A stretch of DNA of 30,749 nt. It comes from a virus. Lineage: Duplodnaviria > Caudoviricetes. A program made the position numbers and the translations under genes. The stretch covers positions 1-30,749 of the IMG/VR virus record IMGVR_UViG_3300010052_000156, one strand, 5' to 3'. Numbering within the stretch: the stretch's first letter is position 1; each line of letters begins with the position of its first letter. The notes under the pieces are model-generated. The model searched no databases and was not told the origin of the DNA. It saw only the letters and a program-made list of their open reading frames with translations. This document shows positions 9,500 to 18,019 of this stretch, in pieces.

Positions 9500-11034
9500 C
9501 AGACCGACCCCCCTAGTGCGGGTGCCGGGGCTCGCTGCGGCTGCTGGGCTTGGGCGGGGGCCTGCGCTCTCGCTGCCTGCATGATCATCTGCTGCACTTC
9601 CGCGCGGGACGGCAGCTTCATGTTGCTCATGCGGAGAAGTGTTTCAGGACTGAACTGCTCAGCGATGATCTCGCCACCAAGCCGGGCCATGTCACGGGCC
9701 ACTGTTGCGAGCGCGATCTGACGATCGCGGATGCGCATCGACCCCCATTGCGTCTTGATCTGTTGGGCGGTGGCGGTCTCGGACGCAGCGGAGTCGCCGC
9801 GCACGATGTCCGAGATGCCCGTGATCTGGTAGACGTCATCGACAAGTTGCTTTCGGATTTGAATGCACTGGTCGATGGTCTTGGCGACCATATCGGCCGG
9901 CCACCACACGAACGCAGCGCCACCAGCGCCCTTGTCCGCGAATGCGGCCCAATTCGAGACCGCGATCAGCTTGTTCTCATAGCCGGGCTGAGCGGCCTTC
10001 TCGATTGCCGATTGCCCATTGCCTTCCATGTCGCCGGGATAGAAGCCGACGAGCTTCACCGAGTCCGTGAGAGAGGCGATGCGGGCTGTGAGATCGTCGA
10101 TCTCTTCAGCCTGATCCTGATAGTAGACATAGTCCGGGACCGGCACGAGCGAGGCGGTCTCCAGCGTCGCATATGCAGGCTTCGGGCAGGGGAAGAACCC
10201 GTCGAATTGAAGCGGCGGGGCGCTGACTTCGAGCGGCTTGTGGAAGCCTTTCACGAGCCAAATGACGCGCTTGCTGCGCTTGCACCAGATTTCGTAGACG
10301 ATGGCCTGTGATTTGGCCTCGGACTGTGCGGCCTTCTCCTTCGGCTTGAAATCGAGGGGAATCGCGTTGATTTCGTCGGGAGACAGGGTTTCGGCGAAGC
10401 GTTCGCGCAATTCCTTCCGGGTCAGATAGCTTTTTCGCCAGACGGCGGTCACCTCTGCCCAATGCCGGCAAACATTGTGCCCGAAGTCCTCCCAATGGAC
10501 GTATTCCCAGACCACCCGCTCATCCGAGATGGTCTCGGTGGGCTCAATGGCCTCTGCGGTCGTGTCCTCAGCATCACCATCGTCATCGGGGCTGCCTTCC
10601 TGCTCGATATCCGCCTCGTAGCGAACCCAAGCCGTGCCGCGACCTACGAGAAGGAAGTCGTCTCGAACCTTGCGAAGGACGCCATCTGCGTCACCCGTGT
10701 CGAAGCTGTAGTGAAGGCAGCGCTGGATCAGTTCGCTCGCCTGCCGGGCCACCGGGTCAGGGTCGCGAAAACGCCGCGAGACGGTGGGGAGCGGCATGCG
10801 GGAGTAGACCGCAGGCTGAAGGACGTTGATGTTCGCGTAGAGCAGGGACATCCGCTTGCGATTGACCCCGGAGCCCTTGCGCTTCTCGGTGTAGATGTCG
10901 CAAATCTTACGGGCGCGGACGTGCCAAGGTTCGAAGACGCGATCGTAACGATCGATCATTTCTTCGTAGTGGAGGCACAGGCTGTCAGTTGTATGAGCGT
11001 TATCCGACTTTCCGCCGGTATCTTTTATGGCCAT
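9499..11034 (-). CDS. Portal protein, N-terminal part
   Basis: 511 aa directly after TerL, with FFPCPKP, PVPDY.YYQDQAEEID and YQITGISDIVRG...ETATAQQIK motifs. Confidence 0.85.
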   Translation of the reverse strand: MAIKDTGGKSDNAHTTDSLCLHYEEMIDRYDRVFEPWHVRARKICDIYTEKRKGSGVNRKRMSLLYANINVLQPAVYSRMPLPTVSRRFRDPDPVARQASELIQRCLHYSFDTGDADGVLRKVRDDFLLVGRGTAWVRYEADIEQEGSPDDDGDAEDTTAEAIEPTETISDERVVWEYVHWEDFGHNVCRHWAEVTAVWRKSYLTRKELRERFAETLSPDEINAIPLDFKPKEKAAQSEAKSQAIVYEIWCKRSKRVIWLVKGFHKPLEVSAPPLQFDGFFPCPKPAYATLETASLVPVPDYVYYQDQAEEIDDLTARIASLTDSVKLVGFYPGDMEGNGQSAIEKAAQPGYENKLIAVSNWAAFADKGAGGAAFVWWPADMVAKTIDQCIQIRKQLVDDVYQITGISDIVRGDSAASETATAQQIKTQWGSMRIRDRQIALATVARDMARLGGEIIAEQFSPETLLRMSNMKLPSRAEVQQMIMQAARAQAPAQAQQPQRAPAPALGGSV

Positions 11035-11056
11035 ATCCCTATTTAGGAGCGGGCCA

Positions 11057-12427
11057 TTACACGCGGGCGTGCCGCTTAATCTCGTTCAATTCCCACAATT
11101 CATCGATAGTCAATTCACTCGGCTCGCGAGCACGTTCGCGCTCTTCTTCGGGAGCTTGCGGACGCTCCTTCCGCGCTGCTTGGGACAGATATTGAAACGC
11201 CTTCGCGCCGTGTGACGACCAATCGTGCTTCGCGCTCTGTTTGAAGGTCTTCAGGTTGTCGTCCCATTCGCGCTTGTAGGATTCCAAGGCGATGAACCCC
11301 GCTTCGTCGGTTCGCGTATGGAAGACGCAGTGAGGGAGGGTCTTGCGGATCGCTTCATGGCCGTCCGCATCGGTGCTGCGCGGAACCACGATCGGCGACA
11401 GGCCAAGGTCAAGCATGGTCTCGACACGGGTCTTGCCCGAGCCCCATTCCTTGACCCGAGCGTCGTGAGGGACGAAGTCTTTTCCGGGAGCCCAACCGCG
11501 CTTCTGGATCACGTCGGCATAGTGATCGACGCCAACGCCATGGGCGGCGTAGTAGTCGAGAATCCGAAGCTGACTGCCGACGATCTGGAACCACCAAATG
11601 GCCGTGCTGTCCGTCACGCCAAGGTCCCAAGCCCGGTGCACGGAATAGCCCGGCTCCGGCTCCAGCGTGTCGGTCATCCGGCCCGAGATGCGGACCTTCA
11701 AACACTCGCTGGCATAGAATGCGCCTAGAGTGGTGGCATTGAAGGAGCAGAGGTATTCCTGCTCGTAGGTGGCCTGCCCCTGATCCGCGCCATACATGGC
11801 GATGTATTCGGCAAGCTGCTTCCGACACTGGTCCGGGGTCAGTGCCCCAGTATCCTTGACGGTCGAAATCTGGGCGAACCATTCGGGGTCAGCCTTCGCC
11901 ATGTCGTACATGGCCTTGGCGTGATTTCGACCGCGCGGCGTGGTGATGAACATCGCCCAGCCGTCGTTCTCGACGAGCATCGGGCTGATGTATGCCCAAG
12001 CAGATGGGTTTGCGAGCGCCCATTCAGAGAAGACGACGCCCGCGACACCCGCGCCGACAAGGCTGTCATACTTGTCTGAGCCGACTAGCTGCCAAGTTGA
12101 TCCGTTCGTGAAGCGGATGAACATTTCTTGTTCATTGGTGCTCGCCCGTATTTCTGGTGGGAACGCCTCGTCGATACGGCGCTTGCCTGTATGTGGATTG
12201 ACGGAGTTCCAAATTGCTTTTCGAGCCTGACTATATTCAGGCAGACAGTGCCAATATGAGCCTACGCGCTGATGAGCCAGTTCGCAGGTAATCTGCAAGG
12301 CCATCTCATCCTTGCCCCAGCGGCGATGCGCGATACAAACCGCGCGCTTGCCGCCTGTGGTCATGTACTGATGAAGGGGAACCTGATACGGTCTGACTTC
12401 GCGAGTTACTTCCGTAATATCTCTCAT
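11057..12427 (-). CDS. terL: Terminase large subunit
   Basis: Walker A-like AHRRWGKD, Walker B-like GVVFSE, motif III ITTPRGRNH, QEYLCSF and nuclease AWDLG / PHDA. Confidence 0.92.
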   Translation of the reverse strand: MRDITEVTREVRPYQVPLHQYMTTGGKRAVCIAHRRWGKDEMALQITCELAHQRVGSYWHCLPEYSQARKAIWNSVNPHTGKRRIDEAFPPEIRASTNEQEMFIRFTNGSTWQLVGSDKYDSLVGAGVAGVVFSEWALANPSAWAYISPMLVENDGWAMFITTPRGRNHAKAMYDMAKADPEWFAQISTVKDTGALTPDQCRKQLAEYIAMYGADQGQATYEQEYLCSFNATTLGAFYASECLKVRISGRMTDTLEPEPGYSVHRAWDLGVTDSTAIWWFQIVGSQLRILDYYAAHGVGVDHYADVIQKRGWAPGKDFVPHDARVKEWGSGKTRVETMLDLGLSPIVVPRSTDADGHEAIRKTLPHCVFHTRTDEAGFIALESYKREWDDNLKTFKQSAKHDWSSHGAKAFQYLSQAARKERPQAPEEERERAREPSELTIDELWELNEIKRHARV

Positions 12428-12655
12428 CTGGCCGGTATTTATTGACCGGCAGATTCGGGGCCGCGCTCGCCGCTTCAGCAGGCGTTCAGCGCTAAAGACC
12501 GGACGCTCCTCGTCGGAGTAGGCCGGCTTTCCCGATGTAATTGAGCAACACTTCCCGTACTGCGCTTAGTGACACCAGCCGAAAAATTCGACTCAGCGGG
12601 CATTTACGTCAGCGCAATCCTTCGCAACGCTTCGCAAGCACGAACGGGGGATCGA

Positions 12656-13402
12656 ATGAAATACGCGTCAGTCAATGGCGAGCGGCGAGAAGCAGAGCCG
12701 AAGCTGCTCGGCGGAACCTGCCCGAACTGCGACAGGGAAATGATCGCCAAGTGCGGCCCGACTCGGATGTGGCACTGGTCGCACAAGGGAAAGCTGGAAT
12801 GTGACCACTGGTGGGAGCCAGAGACCGAATGGCATCGCAATTGGAAGGGGCTCTTCCCGAAGGAGTGGCAGGAGATCATTCACAAGGCCGAGGACGGCGA
12901 GCGCCACATCGCGGATGTGAAGAACAGCAACGGCATTGTTCTCGAACTCCAGCACTCGCGCATCGATCCCGCAGAGAGGCTCTCCCGAGAACGCTTCTAC
13001 GGACGCATGGTCTGGATTGTGGACGGCAGGCGGCTCAAGCGCGATCTGCCCGCCTTCCACGACGCCTTAGAATACGGCCGCATCGTCAAGGACAAGCCGC
13101 TGACGGTATCTTCGCCGCTGATGGCACGACCGGCCGGGATATTCCGGCGATGGGCTCCTATTCACTGCCCGGTCTTCGTCGATTTCGGGGACGAGGAGTT
13201 CACGATCGGCCGACTGCGATGTCCCGAGCCGGTCCTATGGCAGCTTCAATTGCATCCGAGGACCGGAGAGGTTGTCGTCGCTGCCGCTGTCCGTGAGAGC
13301 TTCAAGCGATGGTTCGGTGAAGGCGGCGAGCTACGGCATTTCCATGTGAAGAGTGAGCCACCACCACCGACGCGGGGGCGCTACCGATCGAGAAGGTTCT
13401 GA
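12656..13402 (+). CDS. CoiA-like PD-(D/E)xK nuclease with Zn-ribbon N-terminus
   Basis: CPNC...KCG...WHWSH...CDHWWEPETEWHRNWK, HIADV...VLELQHS and RERFYGRMVWIVDG; ATG 12656 follows GGGGG. Confidence 0.8.
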   Translation: MKYASVNGERREAEPKLLGGTCPNCDREMIAKCGPTRMWHWSHKGKLECDHWWEPETEWHRNWKGLFPKEWQEIIHKAEDGERHIADVKNSNGIVLELQHSRIDPAERLSRERFYGRMVWIVDGRRLKRDLPAFHDALEYGRIVKDKPLTVSSPLMARPAGIFRRWAPIHCPVFVDFGDEEFTIGRLRCPEPVLWQLQLHPRTGEVVVAAAVRESFKRWFGEGGELRHFHVKSEPPPPTRGRYRSRRF

Positions 13403-13529
13403 CTCACGGCCGGGAAAAGTTCAGCCAAGTGTCCGAGCCGTACCGGGCGAGAGCAGCGGCATCGTAGACGACGCAGGCCTTCCCAGCCGTCAGCCATCAG
13501 GGCATGGTCTGGCTTTCATGGGGGACAAT

Positions 13530-14087
13530 ATGGCCTTGAGATTGGGGCTTATGACGGCATGCGCGATGCTGGCGACGGCAGGCGCGCAGGCTCAGGACGC
13601 CTTCAAACGCGATTGGCTGAAATCGCAGTTCAGCGGTTGGGGCGGCATAGCGTTCTACTGCGAAATCTCCGCCAACGGCGGAACGACACCACAGAAGCTG
13701 TGCGATTGGGCAAGCCAGCGTGTTCGCATCCTTGCGCGGCAGTCAGGGGCACCTCTCACTGTTCTCTCGTCGGACATGTACGAGCGTTACGCTCAACGGC
13801 GTGAGATAAAGAACAAGCCGATCGACTTGGTGTTGGCGATCATGGGCACGAAGCCCGGTCCGGGAGCCGCAGCCATTCACATGGCGATCAGAGCCACCCA
13901 TTCGGCTGAGTTGCCGGCCGACACTCGTTCGACCGGTCCGAAGCCGCGCTCGGGAACGCTCGTGATGTGGGAAACCGAGGCAATCGCGTCCGGCATGCCG
14001 GGTAGTGAACTTGACGGCGCTCTTCAACAGGCTGCGGAGAGCAACCTGATGAAATTCCTGAACGATTATGCGGATGGTCAGCAGTGA
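13530..14087 (+). CDS. Secreted/periplasmic hypothetical protein
   Basis: Signal-peptide-like MALRLGLMTACAMLATAGAQA|QD, GGGGA RBS, one Cys pair in the mature part. Confidence 0.65.
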   Translation: MALRLGLMTACAMLATAGAQAQDAFKRDWLKSQFSGWGGIAFYCEISANGGTTPQKLCDWASQRVRILARQSGAPLTVLSSDMYERYAQRREIKNKPIDLVLAIMGTKPGPGAAAIHMAIRATHSAELPADTRSTGPKPRSGTLVMWETEAIASGMPGSELDGALQQAAESNLMKFLNDYADGQQ

Positions 14088-14845
14088 GTGCTGACCGTTC
14101 GTCAGGGCTGATCGAGTCGGCGCGCAGCCGCGACGACACGATGGATGACTACAACAGACTGCTCGCCACTCTCGAACATCTCGACGAGCGCGGGCTGGTC
14201 CTGACCTTGGCTGCCTTCGCCGAGGAGTGTCTTGGGGCCTTGCTTAGTGCATTCATGCTGCGGAATAAGGCCGCAGAAAAACTACTGGAGGGCTTCAACG
14301 CGCCACTCGGAACGCTTTCAGCAAGAATCCAAGCGAGTTTCGCCCTCGGACTGATTACCGATGAGCAGTATGGTGATCTTGAGCGATTGCGCAGAACTCG
14401 AAACGAATTCGCGCATTCGTGGAGGGCTATTTCTCTCGACAATCAAAAGCTCTCGATGTTGATCGATGGCATCGCTTATTGTCCGTACTCGCCGTTTCCT
14501 CCCACAAGGAAAGCGAAATTACAGGTATCGTTAAGTTGGTTGCTTCTCGAACTTAGGGTCAATGCTAACCAGCTTGTTACAAACAGGCGTTCGGTAAACG
14601 TGATTGGTTTCCACCTCGTACCCGGTCTTAGCGGGCCGATCGATCAGCAGATAGCGCAGATCAATAGAGAGCTTGCAGACATTGAGGATGAACTCGCCGA
14701 CGCGGTAGGAAATAAGCGGGAGTTTCTGCTGCTAGTCCGAAGAAATTGGGTGGTGAGGCTTGGCTACGTCGAGCGCGCTGCTCCCGTTGAGAGACGCGCA
14801 GACCTGATCGCGATACGAGAGGAATTGGTCCGTCGATTATCCTGA
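14084..14845 (+). CDS. MltR-like / HEPN-type protein
   Basis: ERGLVLTLAAFAEE.L, PLGTLSARI..SFALGLI and RLRRTRNEFAH (RxxRNxxAH); start 14084 (GTG) or 14141. Confidence 0.7.
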   Translation: MSADRSSGLIESARSRDDTMDDYNRLLATLEHLDERGLVLTLAAFAEECLGALLSAFMLRNKAAEKLLEGFNAPLGTLSARIQASFALGLITDEQYGDLERLRRTRNEFAHSWRAISLDNQKLSMLIDGIAYCPYSPFPPTRKAKLQVSLSWLLLELRVNANQLVTNRRSVNVIGFHLVPGLSGPIDQQIAQINRELADIEDELADAVGNKREFLLLVRRNWVVRLGYVERAAPVERRADLIAIREELVRRLS

Positions 14846-14873
14846 GAGCATGGGGCTCTCGTGGGAATCTGAT

Positions 14874-14934
14874 GGGGCCACCGAGACTCCGGGCCGGCCG
14901 GCAGGAGGTGGACCGGTGCGACCGGGGGCGTGGG
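14874..14934 (+). repeat. GC-rich ~60-bp direct repeat, copy 1
   Basis: 54 of 61 aligned positions identical to 15427-15486 (hand alignment). Confidence 0.9.
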
Positions 14935-15027
14935 CGTACGTCCAGATTTTCAAAGATGGTCGTAATTTTTGGATCGCGTCAGCCCACTTCTGATCGCATA
15001 GTGCTCGGGCCACTGGTCGAGGGCGAG

Positions 15028-15426
15028 ATGTCCAAACCCAAGAAAACGCCGGCAGCTAAGCCAAACTTGGAAAGCTGGATCACCAGTAAATCGAAGCGTG
15101 AGATACTGTCGTTCTTGGGCGGTGGACTCGTGATTGTCGTGGGAGCGGCTTGGGCGTTTTTTCAGTACGTGGTGAAGGACGACTACAAGGTCGAAGTAAC
15201 ATACAACGTTTGCTTCGCCCCGAAAGGCAGCAAAGACAAGTGCCCTTCCGGCACGGTGTGGGTAGAGGGCTATTCGTTAAATGCCCTGCCAGACCCTGAT
15301 CAGGTTTCGAAATGGGCTAGGCAGGAGTGTTCAAAATACGGACAGCGACCTTTGACGAACGCTTGGCCCGGCCCTGCCAAGATGTGCGGCTGTTTCTTGG
15401 CTACCGTGAAGTGCTCGAATAGCTGA
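15028..15426 (+). CDS. Single-pass membrane protein with 6-Cys extracytoplasmic domain
   Basis: Basic N-terminus, TM segment ILSFLGGGLVIVVGAAWAFFQYVV, then six Cys. Confidence 0.7.
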   Translation: MSKPKKTPAAKPNLESWITSKSKREILSFLGGGLVIVVGAAWAFFQYVVKDDYKVEVTYNVCFAPKGSKDKCPSGTVWVEGYSLNALPDPDQVSKWARQECSKYGQRPLTNAWPGPAKMCGCFLATVKCSNS

Positions 15427-15486
15427 GGGGCCACCGGGACTCCGCCCGGCCGGCAGGTGGTCAACCGGGGCGACCGGGGGCGTGGG
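15427..15486 (+). repeat. GC-rich ~60-bp direct repeat, copy 2
   Basis: Starts at the base after the TGA of the membrane-protein gene; matches 14874-14934. Confidence 0.9.
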
Positions 15487-15534
15487 GTCGGCCGTGGGGA
15501 AAATGGGTCCCATCTCGGCCTTTGAGCCTGTCAA

Positions 15535-15592
15535 CTACGTCCATGGACGTAGCTCAAATCAAATTGTCATTTTCCATTGGGCAGTGGATAAT
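15535..15592 (+). promoter_or_regulatory. Perfect 18-bp palindrome (res-like site) plus sigma70-type promoter of the recombinase
   Basis: CTACGTCC-AT-GGACGTAG at 15535-15552; TTGTCA (15564)-17 bp-GATAAT (15587). Confidence 0.65.
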
Positions 15593-15622
15593 GTGTTCAC
15601 AGTTAGATCAGGCAGGCACCCA

Positions 15623-16327
15623 ATGGCCGAAGGCAACTTCATCTCCTACTTTCGAGTGTCAAAGAAGCAGGGTCAGGAACTCGATCAGCAGAAGCACGCG
15701 GTCGCGAACTTCCTGAACGGCGGCGATTGGAAGGTGCTCGGCTCGTATGAGGAAAAGGAGACCGGCAAGCTGTCCGGCCTCGACAATCGTCCGCAGTTGA
15801 AGGCTGCGATCGAGCACGCCAAGCGAACCGGCTCGACGCTGCTGATTGCAAAGCTCGACAGGCTTTCGCGCAATGTCCACTTCATCAGCGGGCTCATGGA
15901 ATCCAAGGTGAAGTTCGTCGCCTGCGATATGCCGAGCGCCAACGAGTTCACCATCCATGTCATGGCCGCGATGGCTGAACAGGAAGCGAAAGCGATCAGC
16001 ACTCGCACTAAGGATCGTCTCGAATATCTCAAGCGCACGATCGAGGCAGAGGGTTCGGTGGTCACCAAGAATGGCCGTCAGATCGTCAGCCTCGGCAATC
16101 CGAATAACGGGAGCGCCGAACAGACGCAGAAGGCCACGGAAGGCCGTGTGAGGGCTGCTGACGCGGTTGCAGAGCGTGTCCTGCCGATCATCCGCAAGCT
16201 TCAGGCTGACGGCTACACCACCCTTGTCGAGATCGCTTCCATGCTGACCTTCGGCAAAGTGCAGACGGCGCGTGGCAACATGACTTGGAACGCTACTCAG
16301 GTGAAGAGGATGCTGGACCGGGCTTGA
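15623..16327 (+). CDS. Serine recombinase (resolvase catalytic domain plus short C-terminal recombinase domain)
   Basis: ISYFRVS catalytic Ser, RPQLKAAI, AKLDRLSRN, MAEQEAKAISTRTK, LGNP and C-terminal TARGNMTWNATQVKR. Confidence 0.92.
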   Translation: MAEGNFISYFRVSKKQGQELDQQKHAVANFLNGGDWKVLGSYEEKETGKLSGLDNRPQLKAAIEHAKRTGSTLLIAKLDRLSRNVHFISGLMESKVKFVACDMPSANEFTIHVMAAMAEQEAKAISTRTKDRLEYLKRTIEAEGSVVTKNGRQIVSLGNPNNGSAEQTQKATEGRVRAADAVAERVLPIIRKLQADGYTTLVEIASMLTFGKVQTARGNMTWNATQVKRMLDRA

Positions 16328-16655
16328 TCTCGATCGGCTCCGCAGCATCCGAGATCATCGCGTCAATGATCGGCGGAGGATCGTAGGGCAGGGCGTCCGG
16401 AACCGTCTCGGGAGCGGTCTGATAAACGGTCTTGAAGACAATGTTGTGATTGGTGTCGATCTCGGCTGTGATCTCGGTCGGCAACAGTTTCGCCAAGAGC
16501 GCGGCAAAGGTCCGCTTATCGGTCTGGGCAAGGTCTTCAAGCCACGCCACTCCGCCAACGTTCTCGAACGCTTCCATCACATCGCTCTTGAGCGACAATC
16601 CCATCTTGTTGGGCACGCCTTTTTTGCGCCCGCCCGTCTTAAATCCTGTGGCCAT
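16293..16655 (-). CDS. Terminase small subunit-like protein
   Basis: KTGGRKKGVPNK motif, GGVAWL and FAALLAKLLP; same strand as, and upstream of, TerL. Confidence 0.7.
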   Translation of the reverse strand: MATGFKTGGRKKGVPNKMGLSLKSDVMEAFENVGGVAWLEDLAQTDKRTFAALLAKLLPTEITAEIDTNHNIVFKTVYQTAPETVPDALPYDPPPIIDAMISDAAEPIEIKPGPASSSPE

Positions 16656-16873
16656 CTACTTTTCTGTTATTCCGGTCTGGTATTTACACAGAACGGCGGC
16701 CGTCCGGCTCCCGATGAGCTTCCAACATGGCCTGCGAGGCTTCCAAGTCCGCCATGCGCTCGGCGTCGAAGTCCTCTAGGCGCTTTAGCGCGATCTACTC
16801 CGATATCCTTCGGAGCGCGATATCGAGTTCCAGCCGGCTGCGTGGCTGAACAGGTTGCGGAGGGCGTCAAACA

Positions 16874-17083
16874 TCAGATCAGCCCGATCTTCGCGAAGAC
16901 CGCGATCTCTTCTGTTGTCCAGCCCTTGGCCTTGAGCAGGTCAAAGATTTGGGACTCGACGATGATCTTTTCACCGTCTCGCCACGAGAGCGCATCATCG
17001 CACGGGGCATCGTCGGCAGTTCCCGCATTCGGATTAACGTCGGCCCCATGGGCCGATGCATGAAGATCAGAAAAATGGCTCAT
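16874..17083 (-). CDS. Hypothetical protein
   Basis: 69 aa, ATG preceded by AGGAG on the minus strand. Confidence 0.5.
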   Translation of the reverse strand: MSHFSDLHASAHGADVNPNAGTADDAPCDDALSWRDGEKIIVESQIFDLLKAKGWTTEEIAVFAKIGLI

Positions 17084-17180
17084 TTAAATATAACTCCTAG
17101 AATATGCTTGTATTATAGCGATGTTTGTGCCTGCCGTCCATATTAAAGTACCTATGACTAGATTTTGAGATACGTTGGAT

Positions 17181-17277
17181 TTGACATTTTATAGTGTGGT
17201 GTATGTAGATGTTGACATAATTCTTACTTTGGTGCAGAAAATCGTAGTTGACGCACGTTCTTATGAACGCCATATCT
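17181..17277 (+). promoter_or_regulatory. Tandem sigma70-like promoters with a palindromic operator in an AT-rich divergent region
   Basis: TTGACA at 17181 and 17212; TTGACG (17248)-17 bp-CATATCT with CGTTC-TTAT-GAACG in the spacer. Confidence 0.55.
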
Positions 17278-17325
17278 GGATCGTTGCTTGAGCGACATTT
17301 CAAACGATCGAGGATATTTTCAGAG

Positions 17326-17496
17326 ATGACGATTGAGAACAAGACGAAGACCAGTGCGTACTCCTACCGGCGGGTTTCCGAGCCGGTCACCGATCCGGAG
17401 AAGCTGAAGAAGCAGGTGAGGGCAGCGGAGCGTTGGGCGGAGGTTCGCCGGCTGAAGGTGTCGGCCAAGGCTTACAGCGCGTTGAGGGCGGGCTGA
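17326..17496 (+). pseudogene. N-terminal fragment of a second serine recombinase (56 aa)
   Basis: TSAYSYRRVS...LKKQVRAAERWAE matches the start of serine recombinases (AYSYxRxS...L..Q...A..WA), then the ORF stops. Confidence 0.5.
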
Positions 17497-17498
17497 CC

Positions 17499-17888
17499 AT
17501 GATGAGCACGACCATTATCGGTTGTTTCGGCGTGGCCATCAAAGACCAGAATATCTATCGGAACTTCGATCTGCCGGGGGGGCACGACGCGGAATTCGAA
17601 ACGCTCTGCCGGGATATCGAGCAGCGGTTCAGAAGTGATCGCAAGGCTCTCTCAGCCCATCTTTGGGCCAGTATCATGGCCAAGCTCAATGATCCGGACA
17701 TCGGAACCTTCGCCCGCGTCTTTTCGCGGTATGCGGCTGACGATCACCGTTTTTTTGTGATCGAAGGTGGCGAAGGTGACATCGAAAACTCAGTTTGGTT
17801 CAACGTCCACTGCGGCGAAGGCGAACCCACGATCGAGCGGGGCCGCGAAGAGGTTGATCAGCGTCTCGAAGCCATTCGCATGGCATAG
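17499..17888 (+). CDS. Hypothetical protein
   Basis: 129 aa ORF closely following the upstream ORF. Confidence 0.55.
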   Translation: MMSTTIIGCFGVAIKDQNIYRNFDLPGGHDAEFETLCRDIEQRFRSDRKALSAHLWASIMAKLNDPDIGTFARVFSRYAADDHRFFVIEGGEGDIENSVWFNVHCGEGEPTIERGREEVDQRLEAIRMA

Positions 17889-17969
17889 AACAGCCCCGCA
17901 ACCTATTGAATTTGTTTACGAAAAAAATGCGTAGACGGATTCCGAGTCTCATGAGAGCCTTTTTAATGT

Positions 17970-17996
17970 GCCGGGGAGATTGGTCCCCGGCCTTTT
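17970..17996 (+). terminator. Possible intrinsic terminator
   Basis: GCCGGGGA/TCCCCGGC stem followed by CTTTT. Confidence 0.4.
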
Positions 17997-18019
17997 GCTG
18001 AAATGTAAACGGAGAAGCT

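Noticed and set aside
345-11728. Long plus-strand ORFs (e.g. 373-1020, 4533-5570, 8699-9721, 9550-10311)
   Set aside because: Antisense shadows of well-supported minus-strand phage genes in GC-rich DNA; no motifs.
14874-15486. Direct repeats as CRISPR or IS ends
   Set aside because: Only two ~60-bp copies about 490 bp apart, in direct orientation; no cas or transposase gene.
15623-16327. Serine recombinase as the element's integrase
   Set aside because: At 234 aa it lacks the long Zn-ribbon/coiled-coil region of large serine integrases and lies 15 kb from the junction; not excluded but unsupported.
16667-16874. Short ORFs upstream of TerS
   Set aside because: Weak starts, conflicting frames and no recognisable motifs.
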